Shown here one piece after another: positions 1 to 12,949 of a stretch of DNA of 64,000 bases; the stretch's first letter is position 1; every line of letters begins with the position of its first letter. The stretch is from contig JANJGN010000121.1 in assembly GCA_026770705.1 (NCBI GenBank), positions 620,001 through 684,000 of the forward strand, given 5' to 3'. The notes beneath the pieces are model-generated. The model was not told the origin of the DNA and searched no databases. It worked only from the letters and a program-made list of their open reading frames with translations. The stretch comes from Isurus oxyrinchus (taxonomy: Eukaryota). Made by a program: the position numbers and the translations under genes.

Positions 1-317
1 TTTCTCTCTCACACATAAGCTCTCTCTCTAACACAGACATTCCCTTTCTCTCACACACACTCTCTCTCTCACACAATTCAGCTACCTCACTCTCTCATGC
101 GTACACACTCTACCTCTCTTTTGCTCTCTCACACATTTTCTCTTTCTCTCTATCCTTCTCTCTCGCACACATACGCACTGTCACTCTCTCACACACACAT
201 TGTCTCTCTTTCTCACACACGCACTCACTCTCTCTCTCTCTCTCTCTCCAAGACAGCAGGTTGGGGTTTTCAAACCGTCTCAAGGTTTCAGCTCAAAACC
301 CAGATGGACTCTCCCCA

Positions 318-690
318 GTGAGGGAGTGCTGAGGGAGTGCTGCACTGTTGGAGGGTCAATATTGAGGGAGTGCTGCACTGTCAGAGGGTCAGTACTGAGG
401 GAGTGCTGCACTGTCAAGAGGTCAGTACTGAGGGAAACCCTGCTCTATCAAAGGGTCAGTACTGAGGCAGTGCTGAACTGTCAGACGGTCAGTACTTAGG
501 GAGTGCTGCACTGTCAGAGGGTCAGTACTGAGGGAGTGCTGCACTGTTGGAGGGTTAGCACTGAGGGAGTGCTGCACTTCCAGAGGGTCAATACTGAAGG
601 AGTGCTGCACTCTCAAAGCGTCAATGCTGAGGGAGTGCTGCACTGTCAGAGGGTGGACACTGAGGGAATGCTGCTCTGTCAGACCTGCCA
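318..690 (+). repeat. 33-bp minisatellite (gagggagtgctgcactgtcagagggtcagtact)
   Basis: Visible tandem units; source of STEGVLHCQRV-type ORFs. Confidence 0.9.
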
Positions 691-889
691 TATTTCAGAT
701 GATGTTTGAAATTAGCAACATGCCTCATGTATAATTATATATCATCAACTCAAAATAAATAGATTATTCCTGTACATTTCACTTTACTGTAAATTGTTTG
801 CAGTTTCATCTCCTTAGAAGCCAGGCTTGTGTGATCACTATTTTTAAATAACGTTAATAATAAAGATGCGACAATCCACATGCACACAT

Positions 890-923
<34 letters not shown>

Positions 924-1626
924 ATGTGTAGGCACATACATGTACATTTACACACAGTCATACACGTGCAAAAACCTACACAGAAACACACACACACTCA
1001 ACTCACACACACACACTCACACGTGCACACACATACACATACACATGTACACACATTCACTTATGCACAGAAATATACACAAAGACACACGCACATTTGC
1101 ACAAACACATACACACATGCACACACAGACACATGCATGCATACTCAAACAAACATACTCACATATGTAGAAACACAAACACATACACATAAACACGGGT
1201 GAGGTCCCTCTTCTCTCTCAGGGCTGCACTGGAGTCTCGGTGTCAGCTCCGATTCTGTGTTGAAGGAAGGTAAACTCCAGATCAACAAGACCCTGAACTG
1301 GATGAGCAACCTCCTGAACAGAGAATTGTAGATTTACCCCTCAGTGCTCCATCGATCAAATACAATTCATTCCCGTAAATCCCTTGGCAAAATCCTGAGG
1401 ATGTGAAAGTTTCTTTCATTCTAGGTGAACAGCACCTCTACTGGTGGGAGAATGTAACTGTAGTTTGACTGTTTACATAGGCAGTGCCCATTATAAATTT
1501 GACAGTGGAAGTTATATGGAGGGAAGGTATCTGGAAATGCATACAGACATCAGATACAGAGAGATGATGCATGGAGTCTTGCTGTGCACGCTGCTTGCTC
1601 ACATTAAACACTTGATTTGTTCTTAG

Positions 1627-1908
1627 ATGCTCCACAGAATCTCACATTTACTTCTCTTGAAATGATTAATGCTTCATCGATCAATATAATTGAGGGGAAT
1701 TCTGCAGTGATAATCTGCTCTGTCGAGAGCTTCCCAGCTTCTAACCTGACGTGGCGACATCTTAATGTCCCAATGAACAGAACAAGTTGCAACAATGAGC
1801 TGTGGTTGGTGATTCCTCACGTTACATCCAGGGACACTGGAGACTATCAGTGTGTGGCAGAGAATGAACATGGAGCAGTGGAGGGATTCATCACCATCAC
1901 TGTGGAAT
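1627..1908 (+). CDS. Gene A (Siglec/CD22-like inhibitory receptor): C2-set Ig exon, copy 1
   Basis: ttcttag acceptor, gtgagt donor, 282 nt, phase 1-1; xAPQNLTF...VIICSVESFPASNLTW...DTGDYQCVAENEHG (B-strand Cys, C-strand Trp, DxGxYxC). Confidence 0.9.
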
Positions 1909-2047
1909 GTGAGTGTACACAGACTTCAACATCTCTCACACACACACTCACACATGCAAAAACACTCATGTGTAGACACAAACATGCACGCTTACACACA
2001 AACATACGTTCAAACACAAACACAGAAACACACACAAACTCAACTCA

Positions 2048-2191
2048 NNNNNNNNNNNNNNNNNNNNNNNNNNNNNNNNNNNNNNNNNNNNNNNNNNNNN
2101 NNNNNNNNNNNNNNNNNNNNNNNNNNNNNNNNNNNNNNNNNNNNNNNNNNNNNNNNNNNNNNNNNNNNNNNNNNNNNNNNNNNNNNNNNNN
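2048..2191. other. Assembly gap (others at 2966-3097, 11123-11364, 12291-12427)
   Basis: N runs flanked by CA/TG low-complexity sequence. Confidence 1.
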
Positions 2192-2676
2192 CAGACACGC
2201 GCATACACACAAATACAAACTCACGTGCAGAAGTACACACACAAGTGTGAGCTCCCTCTCCTCTCTCAGTTCTGCACTGGAGTCATGGTATCAGCTCCCA
2301 TTCTGTGCTGAAGGAAGGTAAACTCCAGATCAGCAAGACCCTGAATTGGATGAGCAACCTCCTGAACAGAGAAATGTAGATTTAGCCCTCAGTGCTCCAT
2401 CGATCAAATACAATTCATTGCCTATCAAGCCCTTGGGGACATCTTGAGAGTGTTAAAGGATGTTTCTTTCATTCTAGAGGGTTAGCAACTCTACTGGTGG
2501 GAGGAAGCAACTGCAGTGTGACAGTTTACATAGGAAGTGTCCATTATAAATATGACAGTAATTTTTCATGAGGGAAGGTACCTGGAAAAGCATTCCAACA
2601 TCAGATACAGAGAGATGATGCATGGAGTCTTGCTGTGCACTATGCTTGCTCACATTAAAATCTTTATTTCTTTTAG

Positions 2677-2957
2677 ACGCACCCAGAATCTCTCAATTAA
2701 TTCTCTTGATATGATTAACGCTTCATCGATCAATATAATTGAGGGGAATTCTGCAGTGATAATCTGCTCTGTCGAGAGCTTCCCAGCTTCTAACCTGACG
2801 TGGCGACATCTTAATGTCCCAATGAACAGAACAAGTTCCAACAATGAGCTGTGGTTGGTGTTTCCTCACGTTACATCCAGGGACACTGGAGACTATCAGT
2901 GTGTGGCAGAGAATGAACATGGAGCAGTGGAGGGGTTCATAACCATCACTGTGGAAC
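2677..2957 (+). CDS. Gene A: C2-set Ig exon, copy 2 (1-nt deletion near 5' end; frameshifted as assembled)
   Basis: ttttag acceptor, gtgagt donor, near-identical to copy 1 but 281 nt (acgcacccag vs atgctccacag). Confidence 0.8.
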
Positions 2958-3775
2958 GTGAGTTANNNNNNNNNNNNNNNNNNNNNNNNNNNNNNNNNNN
3001 NNNNNNNNNNNNNNNNNNNNNNNNNNNNNNNNNNNNNNNNNNNNNNNNNNNNNNNNNNNNNNNNNNNNNNNNNNNNNNNNNNNNNNNNNNNNNNNNNCAC
3101 ACATGCATAATTATCCACACACAGTCATACACATACAAGCACATACACAGGAAAATACACACCCATCTCAAACACACACACACATTCATGCCCACACATA
3201 GACACACACATGCACATACTCTCACTCATGGACAGACCTAGACACACAGACACATGCGCATGCGCACACACAGACACATGTGTGCATACACACACAAACA
3301 CACTCACATGTGCAGAAACACAAACACACAGATACACACACATGAGTTCCCTCTCCTCTCTCAGTGCCGCACTGGAGTCTTGGTATCAGCTCCGATTCTG
3401 TGTTGAAGGAAGGTAAACTCCAGATCAACAAGACCCTGAATTGGATGAGCAACCCTCCTGAACAGAGAATTGTAGATTTACCCCTCAGTGCTCCATCAAT
3501 CAAATACAATTCATTGCCTGTCCAGCCCTTTGCGAAATCCTGAGGATGTGAAAGCAAGCTTCTTTCATTCTAGATGGACAACACCTCTACTGGTGGGAGA
3601 ATGCAACTGCAGTGTGACAGTTTACATAGGCAGTGTCCATTAAAAATGTGGCATAAGACGTTATCCTGAGGGAAGTTACCTGGAAATGCATTCAGACATC
3701 AGATACAGAGAGATGATGCATGGAGTCTTGCTGTGCAATAGGTTTGCTCACATTAAACACTTGATTTGTTTTTAG

Positions 3776-4057
3776 ATGCACAACAGGATCTCTCATTTAC
3801 TTCGCTTAATATGATTTACGCTTCATCAATCAATATAATTGAGGGGAATTCTGCAGTGATAATCTGCTCTGTCGAGAGCTTCCCAGCTTCTAACCTGACG
3901 TGGCGACATCTTAATGTCCCAATGAACAGAACAAGTTCCAACAATGAGCTGTGGTTGGTGATTCCTCACGTTACATCCAGGGACACTGGAGACTATCAGT
4001 GTGTGGCAGAGAATGAACATGGAGCAGTGGAGGGATTCATAACCATCACTGTGGAAT
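3776..4057 (+). CDS. Gene A: C2-set Ig exon, copy 3 (membrane-proximal)
   Basis: tttttag acceptor, gtgagt donor, 282 nt, phase 1-1, same Ig motifs. Confidence 0.9.
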
Positions 4058-4867
4058 GTGAGTGTGGAGATACATTTATTTGTTTGTTGTCTCCGTGGTC
4101 TCCATGGAGCCATTGGGATCGTGTTGTTTTTAATCCAGTTTTCTTCAATCCTCGCTCAGTCCACGTTATCCACACACCCAATTTTTCCTCTCCCTTTCTG
4201 TTTTTGCTCTCAGTTTCTCCTTCAATGGTTGTGAGGACAAGGCTGTCAGGTCTTCGTTTCCAATCTCCGTACTTGAAGACCTTTCTCTCTCTAACTGTCC
4301 TGAACAACCCTTTTATTTGCTGAACTTCTCATTCTTTAATTGATAAATATTATATATAAATGTTACATGTTGAAATGCAACACTTGTATTCATAAATTGC
4401 TTAGAAATTACTAAACATTCAACAGCCAATGCAGCATTATCGAAGTGAGCTCACTGTTGTAATGTAGGAAACACAGGTACTGATTTGTGCACAGCAAGAT
4501 CCCGCAAACCACCGTGTGATAATGACCTGATAGTCGATTATTTCAGTGAGGTTGGTTGTTACATGTGTAGAGACTACATACCCTTTAGGGAGGGAAGCAT
4601 GTCTCGATGTGGATGTGACTCCAGTCTCAGACACCAACATTGTTAACTCACACCTGCCCTCTGAACTGGTCTCCCAGTTTGGGACAAACCAGTGGTTCAG
4701 GAGGAAGACCCCCCACCACCTTCTCAAGGGGAAACTAGGGATGGACAATAAATGTCAGCATTGCCCGAGAATGAGTATTTAAACACTGAGTGAGTGTATC
4801 GCTTCTTGAGATACATCGGAGCATCATTGTAAACCTGTAGTGCAGTAATTAATGGCTGTTTTTACAG

Positions 4868-4964
4868 GTAGAGACTCCAGTAAATGGACAGTAGGATTGT
4901 TCACGGCTGGGATCATGTTGAGTGTTTTCCTGGCTGGAATCTTCATCTTCATCTGTGTGAGAAA
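4868..4964 (+). CDS. Gene A: transmembrane exon
   Basis: ttttacag/gtaagt; phase 1-2; (C)RDSSKWTVGLFTAGIMLSVFLAGIFIFICVR(K): uncharged hydrophobic helix followed by basic residues. Not in the ORF track. Confidence 0.88.
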
Positions 4965-5843
4965 GTAAGTCTGAAGATTTAACTTGATTTTAATATAAAC
5001 ATTTGCTTCAATGTTCTTTCCTTAAGTCGGTGATTGTTTCCCTTGGGATCAGCACCAGGTCCCTCTCTGTAAGTGATCCCTGTGTCCAGTCTGATCCGGA
5101 GAGAACCTTTCATTGTCCTGTATCCAGGTAAACAATCACGAGACCCAGAGATTCCTCACTCTGCACGATTACTCCGGGATAAATATTTGCTTCAATGTTC
5201 TTTCCTTAAGTCGGTGATTGTTTCCCTTGTGTTAAGCGCTAGATGCCTCTCCGTAACTGGTCTCTTTTGTCCCTTACGATCCAGACAGTGTTTTTCATTG
5301 CCCATTATCCAGATGAATAATAATCAGTTGCTGTGATCTGGAAGGTGCTGCCTGAAAGGGCGCTGGAAGCAGATTTAATAGGATCTTTCAAAAGGGGAAT
5401 TGGATAAATACTTGAAGGGGGAACATTTGAAGGGCTATGGGGGGAAGAGCAGGGGTGGAGGGGGGGGTCAAAGATATGGCGTGTCATTATAATGATATTA
5501 TACCTTAGGCTTATTTATTGTACAAGAAACAAAGCACCAATCGCTCACAGGGATTGGGTGAGAATGTTAATGATTTGTTTATCAAGACTCGGCACGAGAA
5601 CAGTTATACATATGGAGAAAGATTGAAGGCATCAGAGCTGTGAGTGTGTGTTCTGCTCAAAGCAAAAGTCAAACTAAGATTGGATCACATGACACACTTC
5701 CATTATAGTGATGTCACGCTGATATCCCTTATTGGAACTAGAGACAGTCCAGTCGTTGGTGTAAGGTTACACTGGGCTCTGTGTCTGTGCTGCACTGACT
5801 CTCTGCTATATGATAACCACAGTGTGATATTGTGTTATTGCAG

Positions 5844-5925
5844 GAGAAAGACAGCGATGGAGGAGAGAGTTTCAGGGACCAGTGACATTGTATTGACCCC
5901 CAGTCCACTCTCTGTGAAGTACCAG
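5844..5925 (+). CDS. Gene A: cytoplasmic exon 1
   Basis: ttattgcag/gtacag; phase 2-0 matches both neighbours; (K)RKTAMEERVSGTSDIVLTPSPLSVKYQ. Confidence 0.8.
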
Positions 5926-6139
5926 GTACAGGAGCTGTTTACACTCACTCCAAAGCTTCTATCTCAGTGTGTAGACAACACATGTCCCAGATTCCCAGCC
6001 AGGTTACCCACAGATATCTACCTGTGGAGTCAGATATGGCTCAGTAGGTAGCATTGTCTCTCGCTCCCTCCCCCTCTTCCCTCCATCACTCGCTCTTTGA
6101 CCAGAAACCTGAACGCAATAATGACAAGGCACCTGATGT

Positions 6140-6520
6140 CAGTAGTGAGGGAGTGCTGCACTGTCCTAGGGTCTGTGCTGAGGGAGTGCTGGAGTATCAG
6201 AAGGTCAGTACTGAGGGAGTGTTGCACTGTCAGAGGGTCTGTACTGAGGGAGAGCTAGACAGTCAGAGGGTCAGTACTGAGGGAGTGCTGCGCTGTCATA
6301 GGGTCAGTACTGAGGGAGTGCTGGACTGTCGGACGGTCAGTACTGAGGGAGTGCTGCACTGTCGGAGGGTCAGTACTGAGGGAGTGCTGCACTGTCGGAT
6401 GGTCAGTACTGAGGACAGTACTGAGTGAGTGCTGCACTGTCAAAGAGTCCATTTGCAAGGGGTGCTGCCCTCTTGAAGGGGCAGTTCCGAGGGAGTGCTG
6501 CACTGTCAGCAGAGAGCACT
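6140..6520 (+). repeat. 33-bp minisatellite
   Basis: Same unit. Confidence 0.9.
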
Positions 6521-6973
6521 GAGAGAACATTGCAGTGTTCGAGGTGCCTCTTTCAGAATAGTTGTATAATGCTGACCATGTTTACCATCTTATCTGGTCC
6601 CATGGCCACATTTCCAACACTGTAGCAGTGTCGCCCTTCAATAAAATTCCTTCATTGGCGTGAGGTTCTTTGTGTGTCTGTGTTTGTGAATAATGGGGCA
6701 CAAATCTCATGATTGGGATGGTAACATAGGACTTCAAGACTCAGGTCTGCGATAGCGAGAGAGATTACATGATAAATAGAGAGAGAAAGCAAGAGAGAGA
6801 GAGAGAAAGAGAGACAGAGAAAGAGATTGAAAAAAAGGAGACAGAGAAAGAGAGTGAAAAAGAGGGTTAAACCCATTGAGACATGACTGACAGTAACGAG
6901 GCTGCAGAATAACTTAACCCTATCAGTGCCAGTAAATGATGTGAGGATGTCTTCTGTTTCTATTTCTCTGTAG

Positions 6974-7222
6974 GGTAAACAGAACGTGCTGATTACTGAG
7001 CCCCGGAACACAACCAGAGACACAACTAGCGAGGGGGAGACCCCAGCTCCCCGGGGTCTCTCTGAAGGTCCAGTGGGAGGCGATGTTGGACATGGGAACC
7101 CCGACAAACCCGACGAGCTTTTCTATGCCAACATCAACTTTTCAAAGCTGCCCGGCGGTGACAGGACTGTGCACAGGAGCGAGGACACGGAATACGCACA
7201 GATCAGGTTCCAGAAAAACTGA
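6974..7222 (+). CDS. Gene A: terminal cytoplasmic exon with ITIM-like LFYANI and ITSM-like TEYAQI
   Basis: tttctctgtag acceptor, phase 0; GKQNVLITEP...DELFYANINFSKL...EDTEYAQIRFQKN-stop; same two-tyrosine layout as CD33-related Siglec tails. Confidence 0.9.
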   Translation, partial: GKQNVLITEPRNTTRDTTSEGETPAPRGLSEGPVGGDVGHGNPDKPDELFYANINFSKLPGGDRTVHRSEDTEYAQIRFQKN

Positions 7223-7415
7223 GTGTGAAACAGGGAGCGGGGCTGTGGGGTGTGTGCAGCCAACATGGCCAAATAGTAATGAACACAAATATGATGTTGC
7301 TCAACTTTTTTTTATTGGTTTTAACTGAGCTTTCTGAATGCTGCACCTTTTTCCATGCTGTAAAAGATTGTGAGAAGCTTATGAATTATGTATAATTTAA
7401 CATTTGTTAATACAA

Positions 7416-9460
7416 GGTGAGGTGAGAGTGACTGCCTTTGACATCAAGTCTGCATTTGACCGAGTGTGGCATCTAGGATCCCGAGTAAAACTGGAGTCAA
7501 TGGGAATCAGGGGTGGTGCGAAAGTATAATCATTTGCTTAATATTTTCCTGGTTTGTTGTAAACTAGGTTTCTGGGTGTGAGTGTAGATGGGTCTGTCTG
7601 TGTGGTTCTAATTACATCTGGAGACAGGTACACTGCAAGTTTGAGATTATCAAAAGAAGCTAGATGTAGAAATGTACTTGAAATGCTAATGAGAACACAT
7701 GGAGGCTGTGTTAGCATGTGAGGTGTGAAGGGGCTGTTTAGATTTCAAAGGGATGTTGGTCTGTTTAGGACAAGCCCAATAAGCAAAGCTAAGGAGTTTT
7801 TTTTTAATTTTACCCAAACTTCATTGACAATATTGGCAACATGAAAGTTTATATTATGGGAAAGGTACAGTTCCAAAGAATTTACACATCAAAGAGAGAG
7901 AAACATGTATAAAGGAGAATGAAAGGCTATGTTGGGGGCCATGTAAGATCTAACAGGAGTGTGTGAAACAGGCTTGAAGAAGCCTCCAGGCATTTGTGCA
8001 TAAGTCTGTTATGTTCAGTAAATAAAGTTGGAGAAATCCATTTAGAATTCCAGTGTCAAGTGTGTGCTGTGTTAACTCGCTGGGTTTGTTTTTAATCTAA
8101 AATCTTATTTTGGACTGTTGCCTTAAACAGGCTCTGTAACTGGGAGTCAGGTTAATTAGGAATTTGAGAATATAATTTAGCTGTAACTAACCGTGGTATT
8201 ATGTCTGTACTTGAAATCTTTTATTTTGTTAATAAATATCTTAATTGAATTTTTAAAATCTCTAAAGGTTGTGGTCAACTCATTACTCCTGAATTCAGTG
8301 CACGCTTCTTGTAATAAATACAAATTGCAAAACTATTGTGATAGCGTGACCAATTTTCCCTTGTGGATTTGGAGCACCAAGCACACATCATCTGCCATGT
8401 CATGTCACAGGGAAAACTCTCCACTCGTTGGATTCATACCAAGTACAAAGGAAGGTGGTTGTGGTTGTTGGAGGTCAGTCATCTCAGTTCCAGGACATCA
8501 CTGCAGGAGTTGCTCAGCGTAGTGTCCTAGGCCCAACCATCTTCAGCTGCTTCATCAATGACATTCATTCTATCAGATGGTCAGAATTATGGAAGGTCGC
8601 TGATGATTGCACAACGTTCAACATCATTCATGACTCATCAGATGCTGAAGCAGTCCATGTCCAAATGCAGCAAGACCTGGACAATATCCAGGCTTGGCCT
8701 GACAAGTGGCAAGTAACATTCATGCCACACAAGTGCCAGGCAATGACCATTTCCAACCAGAGAGAATATATCCATCTCCCCTTAATGTCCAATAGCATCA
8801 CCATTGCTGAATCCCACACTATCAACACTCTGGGGGTTACCAATGACTAGAAACTGAACTGTACTAGCCATATAAACACTGTGACTATAAGAGCAGGCCA
8901 GAGCCTGGGAATCCTGTGGTGAGTAACTCACCTCCTGACTCCCCAAAGCCTGTCCACCAACCTCAAGGCACAGGTCACAAGTGATGGAATACTCTCCACT
9001 TTCCTAGATGAGTGCAGCTCCAACAACACTCAAGAAGCTCGACACCGTCCAGGACAAAGCAGCCCCGCTTGATTTGCGCCCCGTCCACAAACATTCTCTC
9101 CCTCTACAACTGACGCACAGTGTGTGTACCATCTACAAGATGCAACGCAGGGAGTCACCAAGCCTCCTTAGACAGCACCTTCCAAACACATGATCACTAC
9201 CATCTCGAAGGACAAGGGCAGCAGACACATGGGAACACCACCACCTGGAAGTTCCCCTCCAAGTCACTCACCATCCTGACTTGGAAATATATCACCGTTC
9301 CTTCACTGTCGCTGGGTCAGAATCCTGCAACTCCCTCCCAAACAGTTCTGTGGGTGTACATACACCACAGGGACTGCAGCAGCTCAAGAAGACAGCTCAC
9401 CCCCATATTCTCAAGGACAATTAGGGATGGGCAATAAATTCTGGCCTAGCCAGTGTCAGT
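7416..9460 (+). mobile_element. CR1-group LINE fragment interrupted by an LTR-like insert
   Basis: RT segments (AFDRVW-like at ~7450; SVLGPTIFSCFIND, ADD, QQDLDNIQAW at 8428-8850); reading continues across 7514-8409; same family at 29010-30090. Confidence 0.8.
7514..8409 (+). mobile_element. Solo LTR-like element
   Basis: TG...CA ends inside a G run of the LINE, internal AATAAA; related copy at ~41640-42055. Confidence 0.6.
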
Positions 9461-9889
9461 GAATGAATACAAAAAAGAAGCAATTAAAATGTCCTGACAT
9501 TTCTGTACATTTTTATCAAATTAAATACGTACTCTAGTGAATAATTTCATTCTCCAAGGCACCACTTCCTGTTGTCACATGCCCTTCTGATTATTTAAAT
9601 TCCTGTGTCATTGGTAATGGAACATTCCCATGTAAACATGTCACACTGTAATTACAGCCTCCTACCAGTGGTGGTGCTTTAGTGTCCTAGTTTTGCTTCT
9701 CAGAGACTGGAGGAGCTGTATACATTGTGTTTACAATATTAGTAACACTCAGGAGTGACCAGGGGGATTCTTTTGGCCAAGTTTACGATGTTGCTAACAT
9801 ACAATGGCCCCGTGGGATTTTTCCTACTGCGTTTACAAGGTTGAATTGAAGAGATTTTTGAAGTGTCTGGCACAGTTTTATTAAGGTCC

Positions 9890-10425
9890 CCTCACATCCA
9901 ATCTGGAGTCACTGGGTTCAGTTCTGGGTCCAGCAGCTTAGGAAGGATATATTGTCCTTGGAGGGGGTACTGTGCAGAGTCACCAGGATGATCCCGGGTC
10001 TGAAAGGGTTAAATCCCGAGGACAGGTTGCACAGACCAGGCTTGTGGTCCCTCGAGTCTCGAAGATTAAGGGGTGATCTAATCGAGGGGTTTAAGTTGAT
10101 TAAAGGCTTTGTTACGGGCAATAGAGAGAAACTATTTCCTCTGATGGGGTTGAGGTGAGGAGGGTTCAGAACAAGGGGGCAGAACATTAAAATTGGAGCC
10201 AGGCCGTTCAGGGGGTGATGTCAGGAAGCACTTCTTCACACAAAGCGGGGGTGGAAATCTGGAACTCTCTCCCCCAGAAAAAGCTGTCGAGACTGGGAGG
10301 GGTCAATTGTAAATTTCAAAACTGAGATTGGGAGATGTTTGTTGGGTCGGGGGGTTAAGGGTCACGGAACCGAGGCGGGTGGATGGGGTTAAGATACAGA
10401 TCGGACGTGATCCAATCAAATGTTA
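9890..10425 (+). mobile_element. CR1 LINE 3' fragment
   Basis: RVTRMIPGLKGL...SLESRRLRGDLIE; CR1 3' UTR-like tail. Confidence 0.85.
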
Positions 10426-12689
10426 GGACGGTGAGTCTCAGGGAGGCTGGCCCAACCCCAGACGCAGCCGTCTCTGTGACCTGCTTCAACCCTGTTGGTC
10501 AGCAATGACAACATGAGTTGATGTTAGCCTGATATGTAGTGCATGGAGGGATATTACTCTCCAGGGTGTGTGTGCATCACAGTGCTCATTCACATGTGTT
10601 CCATGTGCACCTACATCAGCTGTGTAGACATACAAGCCTCAATGCTGCATCCGCGGAATGTGCCATGTCTCACACCTTAGCTGCAGCACGACCCTTCCCT
10701 TGGAGCTCTGTGTGCTCGAGACATATTTTGTTATTTTTTCCTGCCGTCTCTGTGTCCCCCGACCCGGGCGTGAAAATCCAGCCTTAACTTCCACTTTCTA
10801 GTGTCTGAGACAAGAGGCAATGAGTGAGTGGGCTGACGGTCAGGATTAATGCTGTTAATCTGTGTTTGAGGGGCTGTGAATTCTCGGGGGACTAGTTACT
10901 CTCTGAGCTGCAGCTTCCAAATCCTTATTTGATGCCGTGCATGTGGGGTTGGAAGATTTTTTTTAAAACCACAGGCAGTTCACAGAAACCCACAGGAAAC
11001 CCACAGAGAGACAGTCACTGAGAAACACACTCACTCCTTGTGGTTTCACCTTTTAACCACATCCTGTCTGTGTGGCTTAAATGTTAAACACAGCGGCCAG
11101 ACTCAAGGAGGTTTCACTCTGTNNNNNNNNNNNNNNNNNNNNNNNNNNNNNNNNNNNNNNNNNNNNNNNNNNNNNNNNNNNNNNNNNNNNNNNNNNNNNN
11201 NNNNNNNNNNNNNNNNNNNNNNNNNNNNNNNNNNNNNNNNNNNNNNNNNNNNNNNNNNNNNNNNNNNNNNNNNNNNNNNNNNNNNNNNNNNNNNNNNNNN
11301 NNNNNNNNNNNNNNNNNNNNNNNNNNNNNNNNNNNNNNNNNNNNNNNNNNNNNNNNNNNNNNNNCAGACAGACACAAACACACACATTCACACACACACA
11401 CATTCACTCACACACACACATTCACTCACACACTCACTCACACACACAAACACACACACAAAGACAATATCCCAATGACAACAAACTGCGATTAAGAGCT
11501 TCCTACAACTTAACTAAGAGACCAAAGACATATTGAACTGTCTAAAAGCGACCTGTTTTTCAAAGAAATACAAGATTGTACACAGATCAAAAATGGCTGA
11601 CACAAGTCACCTAATTGCTGATACTGTGAAGTTGATCACTTCTCTGGAAAGGTTCAAATGAATTGCACTGCAGACCTGTTGCATGGAAGTTCACGCCTGG
11701 GGTGTGTCAGGGTCCATTTCAAATAGAGACACTCTTAAAAGGAAGGCATTAAAATGTAAAGTGCTGGACTTTGATCAGCTGTAGTTCAATCAAAACATTG
11801 GGAACTGCTCACCAAGCGGATAATCATCAACCATTCAAAACCCCCTGTGGAGGATACAATACCCCCGTCTCCTGTTGATTTATATCTTGAAATGCATCAA
11901 AGGATTCAGAGATGCAAAGATAAAAAAATGGGAATACTTGGTCTATAACAATGAATGCAAAACATGCTGATCGAATTGACTTCAGGGATATACAGACAGG
12001 AGTTTAACAAATGGTTCTGCCAAGCAGATATAAGAGAAAGGAGGGGAAAAAGAAATATGGCAGTCTTCCACAAACACTGCTGGAAAAGAGCAGAAATTCT
12101 CTCTCTCTCTCTCTCTCTTTCTGAAGCTAACAGCGCATCTTCAACAAAGTGCAAATCTGAATCAAATCACCACCAGGATGCCACAGGAAACCAATTAACC
12201 TTGAACAGCTGCAAACGTCAACAATCTACACCTCAAAGACAAGCAATTGTATTAATCATATATTCTTTTAAATTTTTATTGGACTCTAACNNNNNNNNNN
12301 NNNNNNNNNNNNNNNNNNNNNNNNNNNNNNNNNNNNNNNNNNNNNNNNNNNNNNNNNNNNNNNNNNNNNNNNNNNNNNNNNNNNNNNNNNNNNNNNNNNN
12401 NNNNNNNNNNNNNNNNNNNNNNNNNNNAGTGAGTGTGTGTCTGTCTATGTACCCTTGTGAGTGAGTGTGTGTGTGTGTGTACATGTGTGCGTGTGGATTG
12501 TTGCATCTTGATTATTAACGTTATTTAAAAATAGTGATCACACAAGCCTGGTTTCTAAGGAAATGAAACTGCAAACAATTTACAGTAAAGTGAAACGTAC
12601 AGGAATAATCTATTTATTTTGAGCTGATGATATATAATTATACATGAGGCATGTTGCTAATTTCAAATGTCATCTGAAATATGGCAGGT

Positions 12690-12890
12690 CTGACAGAGCA
12701 GCATTCCCTCAGTGCCCACCCTCTGACAGTGCAGCACTCCCTCAGCACTGACCCTTTGAGAGTGCAGCACTCCTTCAGTACCGACCCTCCGACAGTGCAG
12801 CACTCCCTCAGTACTTACCCTCTGACAGTGCAGCACGCCCTCAGTACTGATCCTCTGACAGTGCAGCACTCCCTCACCACTCCCTCACTG
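12690..12890 (-). repeat. 33-bp minisatellite within an inverted copy of 285-920
   Basis: Reverse-complement units with matching unique flanks. Confidence 0.85.
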
Positions 12891-12949
12891 GGGAGAATCT
12901 ACCTGGGTTTTGAGCTGAAATCATGAGCAGGTCTTAAAACATTCTGTAT

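Noticed and set aside
200-709. ORFs with 11-aa repeats (STEGVLHCQRV, TVQHSLSTDPL), also at 6.0-6.5, 32.6-33.3, 47.5-50.2 and 58.3-59.4 kb
   Set aside because: Translations of a 33-bp minisatellite, open in several frames on both strands; no evidence of coding function.
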